Virus record (IMG/VR): IMGVR_UViG_3300020410_000017
Location: 1-51,040 of that record
Direction: 5' to 3' (one strand)
DNA length: 51,040 bases
Source of the DNA: a virus
Taxonomy: Duplodnaviria > Caudoviricetes
Below, piece after piece: positions 1-7,700 of the stretch. Made by a program: the position numbers and the translations under genes. Every line of letters begins with the position of its first letter. The first letter of the stretch is position 1. A model generated the notes under the pieces. The model had not been told where the DNA came from. It did no database searches and saw only the letters and a list, made by a program, of their open reading frames with translations.

Positions 1-142
1 CAAAAAAGAGCATAAAGGCAAAAATAACTAATAGGCACATGCTTCCCCTTTTGGTCGGGTGATAATGGTTTGGGCTTCCCCATCGCGTTGGCCGTGGTCT
101 TTAACCGTGGCCTTTAAAACGCCGTTAAAATCCTTAGTGAAC
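1..142. repeat. Terminal direct repeat, left copy (circular or terminally redundant contig)
   Basis: 1-142 matches 50899-51040 with two substitutions (49 T vs 50947 C; 88 T vs 50986 C). Confidence 0.95.
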
Positions 143-876
143 CACTTGGGGCTGGATCCCGTAAACCAAACCAGCAAATTCCCGTCAGTATCTTCAAATT
201 TTCGGACCCATGAAGTCCCCCATTGGGTCTCGTAAGAAAATGATCCAATGTGGCGGGCCTGTACTTCGATTTTTGCGCCCACGGTGCCCACATGGCTTTT
301 ATGGCGTTTTTTAGCGGATTCGAGTTCGGCGTTGGCCAAATCTTGCACATGCTTTTTTGCCAAATCAATAATCTCGCTTTTAATGCGCCATGCTTGATTT
401 TGAATTTCTAAGGAAACTCGACGGCCATGAAGATACTCCTCCATGCACACCACCGCGAATGAGCGAAGCGCATCGAAATTGGTGATGAAAGATCCATCCC
501 GTTCAATACGCCCAAAAAACTCCCCTGCTCGATTTTGAGCGTATTTTTCAAGTTCCGCTGTCATGGCTGCGAATTTCTCTTGTTTGGCCTTATATGCAGC
601 CGTGCGCTTTTCTCGCTGGATTGCCAGGCGCATTTCCTTCATTTCGCTGGCCAATGCCGAATCCACTTTTGCCACACATGAAGATCCCACTTTAAACTTT
701 TCACCGCATGATCCCTGAATCCAATACGCATGACGAATCGAAGTCCCACAATAATCGCATTGCCCCCCAGCCCTAAAAATAACCCCCTGGGGCGTTTTAA
801 GTTCGTGTACCAATTCTTGGTATTGCGTTGCAGTGAAAGGCGCGATTCCGAGTTGGGCTTTTTCAAAGGCGTGCAT
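28..876 (-). CDS. Hypothetical protein with N-terminal Zn-finger and probable C-terminal OB-fold-like domain
   Basis: 282 aa ORF; CDYC..H..C..C motif; C-terminal HVGTVGAKI...WFT...LKATVKDH...QTIITRPK beta-rich pattern; RBS CGGAG upstream. Confidence 0.75.
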   Translation of the reverse strand: MHAFEKAQLGIAPFTATQYQELVHELKTPQGVIFRAGGQCDYCGTSIRHAYWIQGSCGEKFKVGSSCVAKVDSALASEMKEMRLAIQREKRTAAYKAKQEKFAAMTAELEKYAQNRAGEFFGRIERDGSFITNFDALRSFAVVCMEEYLHGRRVSLEIQNQAWRIKSEIIDLAKKHVQDLANAELESAKKRHKSHVGTVGAKIEVQARHIGSFSYETQWGTSWVRKFEDTDGNLLVWFTGSSPKWFTKDFNGVLKATVKDHGQRDGEAQTIITRPKGEACAY

Positions 877-877
877 G

Positions 878-965
878 ATGATCTCCGTTTTTTTTGGTGT
901 TAAGTGTTATTTAGCGAGCCACGCCCATGGCTGCAACAAAAAAGAACATAAAAACAAAAAAGAAT
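878..965 (-). promoter_or_regulatory. Promoter-like block: T-rich UP-like tract, TTGCAG-N17-TAAATA, RBS; near-duplicate at 50841-50925
   Basis: Shares TTTTTGnnTTTATGnTCTTTTTTGTTGCA and ACACC..AAAAAAACGGAGATCA with the region upstream of 50575-50838. Confidence 0.55.
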
Positions 966-978
966 ACACACAAGAATG

Positions 979-991
979 TAAGTTATTGATT
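979..991 (-). promoter_or_regulatory. IHF-binding consensus site
   Basis: AATCAATAACTTA is an exact match to WATCAANNNNTTR. Confidence 0.55.
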
Positions 992-1011
992 TTAAACGCA
1001 AGTACCACGCA

Positions 1012-1324
1012 AGATCCACGCAAGATCCACTTTGTGAGGGGTGAGATCCACTTTTAAGGGGGTGAGTACCGGTGAACACCACTTAGGTGGATCGCAGAAA
1101 GCTTTTTGTTTCCATGCGGTTAGGCCGTAAATGGGGGGTGAGATCCACTTTTTTCCAAACATATATATCTTTTATCTATAGGGGGCAATTAAGGCCATGG
1201 AAGGGGGTGTTGTCAGAAGTGATATATATAATTCTTAAAAGTGGATCTATAGTATAATTATATAAGTAAGTGTTAATAAATAAAGGCTTTTCTGCGATCC
1301 ACTTAGGTGGATCTTAGGTGGATC
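1012..1324. repeat. Iteron cluster (9 x GATCCAC/GTGGATC) around an AT-rich core; putative replication origin
   Basis: AGATCCAC at 1012, 1023, 1044, 1141; GATCCAC at 1296; GTGGATC at 1087, 1241, 1307, 1318; TATATA-rich centre; inverted repeat 1087-1102 vs 1286-1302. Confidence 0.65.
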
Positions 1325-1614
1325 TTAGTGTTACTCGGCTGATTTTAAACGGTTTTTTATTTTGCGACCAACTGGTCATGGTTTGATGGGAGAGCCGTCT
1401 TTCTATGTACCTAATATATAAAGACTTTTTATAAGCAAAAAAAACAACTTTGGCACGCTTCTTGCGTACTGAACAGATGTTTAGCCATAAAAGTGTAAGT
1501 CTATATGCTACTTTTGCCATTTTGGCACAACTTTATGCAGTGTATGGTATTTTTACCGCATAAGGACTCGGCACCACTACCATGGCCGAAACCATGACCG
1601 AGTAGTCACGTTTT

Positions 1615-1667
1615 GAAAAAACTTTTAAAAGGGGGGACTGAAAAAAACTTTTAAAAGGGGGGGTCTG
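1615..1667. repeat. Two tandem copies of the polarised motif GAAAAAACTTTTAAAAGGGGGG
   Basis: Copies at 1615-1640 and 1640-1667; same motif at 45108, 45657, 47829, 48965, 50540. Confidence 0.85.
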
Positions 1668-1721
1668 AATTATTGATAGATCCCCATCGCCCCCAGCCTC
1701 CCGCAGCCGCCGAAATTGGCC

Positions 1722-1795
1722 GGCACGGATCGTGCTATTGCAAGCGCTATGCCAAACGCCTTGGCACGGATCGTGCTATTGCAAGCGCTATGCCA
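1722..1795. repeat. Perfect 33-bp direct repeat x2 with 8-bp spacer
   Basis: GGCACGGATCGTGCTATTGCAAGCGCTATGCCA at 1722-1754 and 1763-1795. Confidence 0.95.
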
Positions 1796-2150
1796 GCCCG
1801 TTTGGATCGAATTCTGCAAATGCAATTGGCATGCCAAAATCCCAGCCCCACCGCCGGCCAGCATGCCCGATGGGCTGCCGGTGCCCGATGTAGGCAATCG
1901 CCCACACCCGCCCACACTTGCCGCCCCTTTTCTATATATAGGGCCACGGCTGGCGCTCTTGCTTTGCTTTTTGTCGACGTGTGACGACGTCATTTGTTAC
2001 CCTTTTGCGCTTGGCCCTGGTTCGGGCCTGGTTTGGCTGGGATCGTGATCCCTGGCTTGGGATCAAATTTATCAGCTTTCGGCCCGATCTCCTACCGTTG
2101 GCCCAGATCTGACCCCCTCAAATTCGAGGTGCTAAGGGTGCTTAAACTGC

Positions 2151-2205
2151 TTTTTTTGTTTATTTGTGTTTTTATACTGACAAACGCTTTTCTGGTCCTT
2201 ATTGT
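2151..2205 (+). promoter_or_regulatory. Sigma70-type early promoter with T-rich UP-like element
   Basis: CTGACA(2177)-N17-TATTGT(2200), preceded by T-tracts; just upstream of the 2240 gene. Confidence 0.5.
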
Positions 2206-2239
2206 GTAAACACAAACCAAGCACGAAAAGGATCACATT

Positions 2240-2668
2240 ATGAACACCGAAAAAACCATCACCCTTCACGATATCACTAACGCAACCGATGCTGAAATTG
2301 ATCAGCTCCTCGGCACCTCCGAGCCCGAGCCCGAGCCCCCCAAGGGCTCGGCAAATCCCTTTTGGGCTGGCGTTGAGGAAATGGCCGTGGCCGCCATGAC
2401 CAAAGCCCTTGTTGACGCTGGCAAGGGTTATGCAGCCCCCAGGGCTCTTGAGGCCTGGACCGGTCCCAAGAGCTGGAGCGGTCGCCAGGTGGTCAAGGCC
2501 TTTCACGGCATCGACTCGACCGGCGGGCACAACGGCTGCTTTGTTGTTGTCGTCGACCTCGAACACCCACGGGACGCGATTGACGAAACTTCCAGGGACT
2601 TCACCGGCTTCACCGTCACTGTCCTCAAAACTCGCGATCTTAAAATTCTCATTTACACCGCCGAATAA
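2240..2668 (+). CDS. Hypothetical protein (GC-rich island gene 1)
   Basis: 142 aa ORF; RBS AAGGA upstream. Confidence 0.75.
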   Translation: MNTEKTITLHDITNATDAEIDQLLGTSEPEPEPPKGSANPFWAGVEEMAVAAMTKALVDAGKGYAAPRALEAWTGPKSWSGRQVVKAFHGIDSTGGHNGCFVVVVDLEHPRDAIDETSRDFTGFTVTVLKTRDLKILIYTAE

Positions 2669-2669
2669 G

Positions 2670-2710
2670 CCCCAACCAAACACCAAACACAGCCCGCCGT
2701 CACGGCGGGC
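2670..2710 (+). repeat. Intergenic repeat unit with GC hairpin, copy 1
   Basis: CCCCAACCAAACACCAAACACAGCCCGCCGT identical to 3077-3107; GCCCGCC..GGCGGGC stem. Confidence 0.9.
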
Positions 2711-2725
2711 AAAGGAGCCCGAACC

Positions 2726-3076
2726 ATGACCACAGCCACCACACCCGCCGCCGCCACGATCCCCATTTACGCCACCGGTTACATTGAGATCGCCCGTCAC
2801 GGGCGGATCGTTTTAACCGTCCGCCCTGGCATGATCCACGGTCCCGAATTCGCCACCTTTACCATGGCGAATTCTTATGACCCCAGCGCTGGGGTTTACT
2901 GGGGACGATACACCCGAGGCGCTGCAACCGCTCTCTTGGCCTTTGCCGAGCGTGCTTACCTCCCGCATCACGAGGCGCTTGAACTCGCCGCAGCGGGCAT
3001 CCTGCGCCTTGCCAGGGTCAACGCCGTGGCTGCCGATACCCTTGAGGCGCTTTCCATCGATCTTTTGAGTTCCTAA
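2726..3076 (+). CDS. Hypothetical protein (island gene 2)
   Basis: 116 aa ORF; RBS AAGGAG. Confidence 0.75.
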   Translation: MTTATTPAAATIPIYATGYIEIARHGRIVLTVRPGMIHGPEFATFTMANSYDPSAGVYWGRYTRGAATALLAFAERAYLPHHEALELAAAGILRLARVNAVAADTLEALSIDLLSS

Positions 3077-3114
3077 CCCCAACCAAACACCAAACACAGC
3101 CCGCCGTGGCGGGC
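3077..3114 (+). repeat. Intergenic repeat unit with GC hairpin, copy 2
   Basis: 31 bp identical to 2670-2700, followed by GGCGGGC. Confidence 0.9.
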
Positions 3115-3133
3115 ATTTTGAAAGGCCAACACC

Positions 3134-3679
3134 ATGCAAACGAAGACAACACATCGCCCCCAATACACCACACGCGAGCGCCTCACGGTGACCCGCTTAT
3201 ATGCCCGCAATTACGGCGGGACGGCCACACCCGAAAGCCTTGAAGGCTGGGAGGCCTTGAGCGCCATGGTTCACCGCGCCGCCGTGGCTGTGTCTCAGTT
3301 GATGCGGATCGAGCGCAAGCTTCGCCGCCATTATGAGGACGCCGCCAACGGTTGGCCCACACCGATCCGCGAAACCCGTTTTGATGCCCAGGGCCGCCCA
3401 CGGGTCTTTACATACAGCATTGAAGACACAGATCGCCGCGCACGCTCCGAGGTTGCCACGGCCAAGCTTGAAGCCAAAGCCACCGCCCTTGCTGCTGAGT
3501 ACGGATTTGAGATTCGGATCAATTCCGACCCTCGAGGGGCCGCCATCAAGCTGAATGTGATTCCACAGCCCAACCCTAGCGCGGCTGATTCGATTGAATA
3601 TGCCGGCATGGACACCGATCTTCTTTGTGACGACGTGGGCCGCATCGAAGATCGCAATTCACGCCTTGTCAGCCAGTAA
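3134..3679 (+). CDS. Hypothetical phage protein (island gene 3)
   Basis: 181 aa; NSDPRGAAIKL resembles an N-x-D-P-R-G motif I recall from uncharacterised phage proteins. Confidence 0.75.
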   Translation: MQTKTTHRPQYTTRERLTVTRLYARNYGGTATPESLEGWEALSAMVHRAAVAVSQLMRIERKLRRHYEDAANGWPTPIRETRFDAQGRPRVFTYSIEDTDRRARSEVATAKLEAKATALAAEYGFEIRINSDPRGAAIKLNVIPQPNPSAADSIEYAGMDTDLLCDDVGRIEDRNSRLVSQ

Positions 3680-3707
3680 CCCCAACCCCCAGCAAAAGGA
3701 TCCAACC

Positions 3708-4157
3708 ATGACGAACCGAACCGAAATCGCCGCCTTGATCACTAACCTCCATGCCGCCCAAGCCCAGGCCATGGCCGCCGCCGTTGCCGTTGATGCTGCG
3801 CACGCTCGGCTTAAATCGCTGCAAGCCCCAAGCCCAGCCGAACGGGCTACGCTCCAAGCGCTTGACGCTCTCAAGGCCGCACACGAAGCCGTTGCCGATC
3901 TTGAGGGTGTTAAAAAGGACGTTTGCCCACGGTGGGCCCGCGCCCTTGGCCCTGGCCATAGCGTGTGCACGACTGCGGGAACCTTCTCAACGACCGAGCG
4001 CACCGCATGGAAAGGCGTTGCCCAAGAACTCTTGAACCAATGGGATCCCGTTGCGGCCCACAAGCTTGTTCAACGCCACACAAAGCCCAGCCACCGCCTA
4101 ACGATGGCCAAGCAACGCACCGCCCAAATCGCACACCTGGCACGCTTGGGGGCGTAG
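3708..4157 (+). CDS. Hypothetical Ala-rich coiled-coil protein (island gene 4)
   Basis: ATG 3708 after AAGGA RBS, inside listed ORF 3594-4157. Confidence 0.7.
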   Translation: MTNRTEIAALITNLHAAQAQAMAAAVAVDAAHARLKSLQAPSPAERATLQALDALKAAHEAVADLEGVKKDVCPRWARALGPGHSVCTTAGTFSTTERTAWKGVAQELLNQWDPVAAHKLVQRHTKPSHRLTMAKQRTAQIAHLARLGA

Positions 4158-4184
4158 CCACCGGCCACCGCTGCCAACGCCCCA

Positions 4185-4210
4185 GGGGCCCCAAATGGGG
4201 CCCTTTTTTT
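4185..4210 (+). terminator. Rho-independent terminator of the island operon
   Basis: GGGCCCCA-AA-TGGGGCCC stem followed by T-run. Confidence 0.8.
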
Positions 4211-4414
4211 GTGCCCTAGGCCACCGGCCACCCACCCACACCACGGCCACCACGGAGCTGCCCACAGCCCCACAGCCCACGGCAACCCCACACACAAGGC
4301 ACGCACGGCCCCCACAGAGGCCAAATTTGAATTTTGTTAGGATAGAGGGGCCCCCAGGGGGTGCCCTAGCCCCACCGAACGCCAAAATAACCCCTCATCA
4401 TATCCCACCTTTGA

Positions 4415-4660
4415 CTACACGGAGGAGTCGTCGATGATGACCTTGTTTTGAGTTTCAATCCACACCCGAGCGCCACACCCCAGCGGCTTGTGCGGACTAT
4501 AGATAACTCGCGCCGCCACGTCGCCACCGGAGTCAAGTATGATGGCCTGATACCCGTAGTCGTTGCTTTTGTATGTCTTAACCGTGAGCACGGGTTCGGG
4601 ATCTTTTTTGTTGATATTGCATCTTATTTTGTTTTGGTTGACGTGTATTATTGTTTTCAT
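4415..4660 (-). CDS. Conserved hypothetical phage protein
   Basis: HVNQNKIR...PVLTVKT...KPLGCGARVWIET motif of a widespread uncharacterised phage family; start at ATG 4660 after AGGGA. Confidence 0.8.
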   Translation of the reverse strand: MKTIIHVNQNKIRCNINKKDPEPVLTVKTYKSNDYGYQAIILDSGGDVAARVIYSPHKPLGCGARVWIETQNKVIIDDSSV

Positions 4661-4962
4661 GTTATCCCTTAAAAAAAGGCCGCCCTCCCGAGCGACCCGC
4701 AAGCCCGATGCTATGTGGTTTAATACAGGCTTAAAGCATTAAGAGCATGAAAAACCATGCAGGCCAAGTTTTATTTTCTAAAAATTACCAAGGCCCAAAA
4801 GTCAAAACGTCAATTTTATAAAAAAAAGATAACGCATTGCGTCAAAAACAGCCTTGCCTTTCGCCATTTTCACCACTACAATTCTCGTATGCATAAAAAA
4901 ATGCAGGGCGGTTTTTAATATCCCTTTTGCGCCGCTTTGCACTTCTTTTTTTGTTTGGTGTT

Positions 4963-5002
4963 CCGCCCTTCATGGATCCTTACCCGTGGAGGGCGGTTTT
5001 TT
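4963..5002 (+). terminator. Terminator/attenuator-like hairpin directly upstream of gene 5018
   Basis: CCGCCCTTCATGG-ATCCTTAC-CCGTGGAGGGCGG-TTTTTT. Confidence 0.6.
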
Positions 5003-5017
5003 ATTGGACGGGTGTTT

Positions 5018-5449
5018 ATGCTTAGATTTATCGTTCCGGCACTAGGCTGGTTTTGCGCATGGGTAATCATAGGGCTTCAAATCACGCCCTTCATGGACGG
5101 CTCCAAGCTTGTTGATTCGGATCGCGCCGCAACCTATTTATCGCTCACGCCCTACGGGCCTTCGGAGGAAGATGTTGACTACTATGTCTACACAACTCTT
5201 TATTCGGTATATAATCCCGAAACGGGCATGCACACTGGCGGCGAGGCCATTGTTGGTCAAAATATTGCGATGGTCATCATATCGGCTTGCAGCGAGCGGC
5301 GTCGGCTCACCATTCGCCGTGCTGACATTTCTCCTGACGGCGGTGCTCGGGTTTTGATGAGCGATTTTTCGTCTTGCGTTGTCGATATATCGGGCCGTGA
5401 CTTCCAGATTTTTTTGGAGGAAATACTTGCGCTGCCGGAACGACTGTGA
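5018..5449 (+). CDS. Hypothetical membrane-anchored or exported protein
   Basis: ATG 5018 (MLRFIVPALGWFCAWVIIGL hydrophobic N-terminus) within ORF 4937-5449. Confidence 0.65.
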   Translation: MLRFIVPALGWFCAWVIIGLQITPFMDGSKLVDSDRAATYLSLTPYGPSEEDVDYYVYTTLYSVYNPETGMHTGGEAIVGQNIAMVIISACSERRRLTIRRADISPDGGARVLMSDFSSCVVDISGRDFQIFLEEILALPERL

Positions 5450-5550
5450 TCTCATGCACTTAGCGACCCTTAGTGTGCGTGGCGGTCCTAGACACTGCTC
5501 CCCCTAACCAACATCATCCGTGTCTAGGGCTGCCTTTTTTCGGAGTTTGA

Positions 5551-5745
5551 ATGATTATCGGCTGCATTTTGTTTTTGTTGTTTTTCGGCGGCCTTCCGTG
5601 GGTATTGTTTTCGTATCTACCAATATGGGGCGCGATTCCGGTGAACTTGCTGGTGTCGGCATTTTTACTGTCTGCCGTCGCCAACAGCCGCAAGAAGTCC
5701 CAGCCGATGACCACCGAAGAAATCATCGCGCTGATGAAAAAGTAG
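5551..5745 (+). CDS. Small two-TM membrane protein
   Basis: 64 aa; two hydrophobic stretches; GGAG RBS. Confidence 0.6.
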   Translation: MIIGCILFLLFFGGLPWVLFSYLPIWGAIPVNLLVSAFLLSAVANSRKKSQPMTTEEIIALMKK

Positions 5746-5844
5746 CCTGCTCCCATCACAGACCTGTTGCTCACCATCGAGCAACCCACCCTCCATTGGC
5801 GGCTCGTCAGCCAGCCGGATTCCAACCAGGGACTTCATTTGGTA

Positions 5845-7008
5845 TTAGTTACAGTCAACCGCCAGCAGCGCTAAGATATCCTCAACCATCCACACCGATG
5901 GCCCCAGCAGTATTATTTCTCCGCCTGTGGGGTGAACTAGATCTTGGTAGTCACCAACAACGCCAACAATAGTAGCTGCATAAACAATAATACCAGCATC
6001 GATACACGCCGTAATAGCGTCTTGAACCGTGTTGCCTTCAATGCTCTGCGGTGCTTCATCCGAAAATACAATAATTGCTTTTGTCGAGTCTGTTCGCCAC
6101 GAGACTTCCGCACCGATACAGGTATTGTAAACGGCATCAATAGTCGGCTCAGAGCCTCCTCCAACACTTGAAACATTTGTAATAACCCCCTGAAAAGTTG
6201 CTGCATCCACAAGGTCGCTTATGAGCAACATGTTGCTGTATGTATAGGTTTCCGGCACCACGCCCCCAGGAACCCGAGCCGCACCAAAAAGACTGTCGGT
6301 GTCTTCCAGTGATCCGGCTATTCGATACGCAGTGGTTACGGACTCGCCGGTAAGGACTCCCATGGAGCCGCTCGCGTCAATGATAAAGAAAACATCGAAT
6401 TCTGACGACAAGTCTTCGTCAACAAACCCATCGCAATCATTATCTAGGCCATCGCAAATTTCTGTGGTTGGCACGCGCTCATACATGCACACAAGTTCGC
6501 CGCTCACGCACTCCATCATCCCTGCGCGGCATTCGCCATGGGCTAAAGTCTCAGGATCCGCAGTATAACAAAGCTCCATGCCATCAAGGTTATCAACCAG
6601 GCCGTCGCAATCATCATCGATGCCGTTACACTGCTCTGGTGATCCGTCTTCTCTTCCGTTACAGATTTTTTGTCCTTCATAACAAATCTCCCGTCCCGCT
6701 TGGCATGCTCCAACATCAATACCGCAAGCTTGACCCACCCACTCTTCGGCAATGTTGTTGTCCGTTGTGCCATCGCAATCATTATCGATCATGTCGCACA
6801 ATTCATCCTCGGGCGTTACCTGGCCCTCGCAATCAACCACAACGTCATTCTCGTCGCACAATGTCACCCCAGCCTCACAGATACCCTGTCCAGCCGTACC
6901 TGTGGGGCCAGTGTAACATGGCAAATTGCAGACACGGGAGACCATTACAATGTCATCATCGCATGCCTGCAAAAACATAAAAAACAATAAAAACAACACA
7001 GCTTTCAT
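5845..7008 (-). CDS. Lipoprotein with MopE-like Cys/Asp-rich repeats and C-terminal vWA domain
   Basis: Lipobox LQAC (Cys16); three E-x-C-[DN]-x-x-D-[ND]-D-C-D-G repeats; vWA MIDAS DASGS...T...SDE. Confidence 0.8.
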   Translation of the reverse strand: MKAVLFLLFFMFLQACDDDIVMVSRVCNLPCYTGPTGTAGQGICEAGVTLCDENDVVVDCEGQVTPEDELCDMIDNDCDGTTDNNIAEEWVGQACGIDVGACQAGREICYEGQKICNGREDGSPEQCNGIDDDCDGLVDNLDGMELCYTADPETLAHGECRAGMMECVSGELVCMYERVPTTEICDGLDNDCDGFVDEDLSSEFDVFFIIDASGSMGVLTGESVTTAYRIAGSLEDTDSLFGAARVPGGVVPETYTYSNMLLISDLVDAATFQGVITNVSSVGGGSEPTIDAVYNTCIGAEVSWRTDSTKAIIVFSDEAPQSIEGNTVQDAITACIDAGIIVYAATIVGVVGDYQDLVHPTGGEIILLGPSVWMVEDILALLAVDCN

Positions 7009-7274
7009 GCGAGCACACCCATATTTTCAAGCAATCGATCTACAAGTCCTCGCGTGGCGTTTGCCATAAGGGCGATGTCGTACAGCTCGTCCCTAGAGAT
7101 GAAGCCGCGCTGAAAAACGCCGATGCCATAAAAGAACAGCCTTGCACGGCGCTTGTCGCCATTGAAATACATGTCCACTACTTCTTGCATGGGCGTATAC
7201 TGAGCCCGCTCAATCCCTAAGATCTGCTCAAGCTCGTGTATTTTTTCCTCTATAAGTTCTTCCACGTCCTGCAT
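7005..7274 (-). CDS. Hypothetical protein
   Basis: 89 aa; stop overlaps the lipoprotein start (ATGA). Confidence 0.65.
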   Translation of the reverse strand: MQDVEELIEEKIHELEQILGIERAQYTPMQEVVDMYFNGDKRRARLFFYGIGVFQRGFISRDELYDIALMANATRGLVDRLLENMGVLA

Positions 7275-7291
7275 GCTGCTGCCTTCGCCAC

Positions 7292-7331
7292 AAAAAAACC
7301 GCCCCTACGGATAAAGATTCCGCAGGACCGG
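7292..7331 (-). terminator. Terminator/attenuator-like hairpin
   Basis: Minus strand CCGGTCCTGCGGA-ATCTTTA-TCCGTAGGGGCGG-TTTTTTT. Confidence 0.6.
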
Positions 7332-7355
7332 CAATGTGTTAAGCTTCAATTTATC

Positions 7356-7661
7356 TTAGATCATATAATCGGGCAAGCCACCAGTGCCTTTCTCTATATA
7401 ATAATTAACTCGTATCGGCACTCGGGCTAAGGCAGCAGCGGCTTTTTGAGATATGTTAAGAGCTTTTGCAATCTGCTCAACGCTGCGGCCTGCTTTTACC
7501 ATTGCCGTTACGCGCTCGCCTTCACACAAGTATCGCCGCACGTTTCGCGCAGGTATTTTTAGCCTAACGGCTATTGACAGAATGCCGATGCCGTTTAAAT
7601 GCATCCTTGTTACTTCTTCGTGCGGAAAATCTTGATCGTAATGTCGAACGCCCCTGCCCAT
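7356..7661 (-). CDS. Double HTH DNA-binding protein, divergent from the terminase genes
   Basis: GILSIAVRLKIPARNVRRYL and GRSVEQIAKALNISQKAA HTH-like segments. Confidence 0.6.
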   Translation of the reverse strand: MGRGVRHYDQDFPHEEVTRMHLNGIGILSIAVRLKIPARNVRRYLCEGERVTAMVKAGRSVEQIAKALNISQKAAAALARVPIRVNYYIEKGTGGLPDYMI

Positions 7662-7700
7662 TTAGTCCCCTTTCTGCGAAATGTGTGATATTGTTGATTT

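Larger units (their letters stand above)
1451..1836. promoter_or_regulatory. Cluster of six sigma54 (RpoN) -24/-12 consensus motifs
   Basis: GG-N10-GC motifs: 1451-1466(+) TGGCACGCTTCTTGCG; 1721-1736(+); 1739-1754(-) TGGCATAGCGCTTGCA; 1762-1777(+); 1780-1795(-); 1821-1836(-) TGGCATGCCAATTGCA. Confidence 0.7.

Noticed and set aside
1523-1539. Seventh sigma54 site TGGCACAACTTTATGCA
   Set aside because: GG-to-GC spacing is 11 nt rather than the strictly required 10; noted only as a near miss.
1722-1795. Mini CRISPR array (33-bp repeats)
   Set aside because: Only two repeats, an 8-bp spacer and no cas genes; the repeat is better explained as paired sigma54 motifs.
1670-2209. Several overlapping ORFs across the sigma54 repeat region
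   Set aside because: No RBS, mostly non-ATG starts and repeat-derived translations; expected by chance in GC-rich DNA.
2132-4385. Minus-strand ORFs in the GC-rich island
   Set aside because: Antisense to four RBS-bearing + strand genes that have a promoter and terminator.
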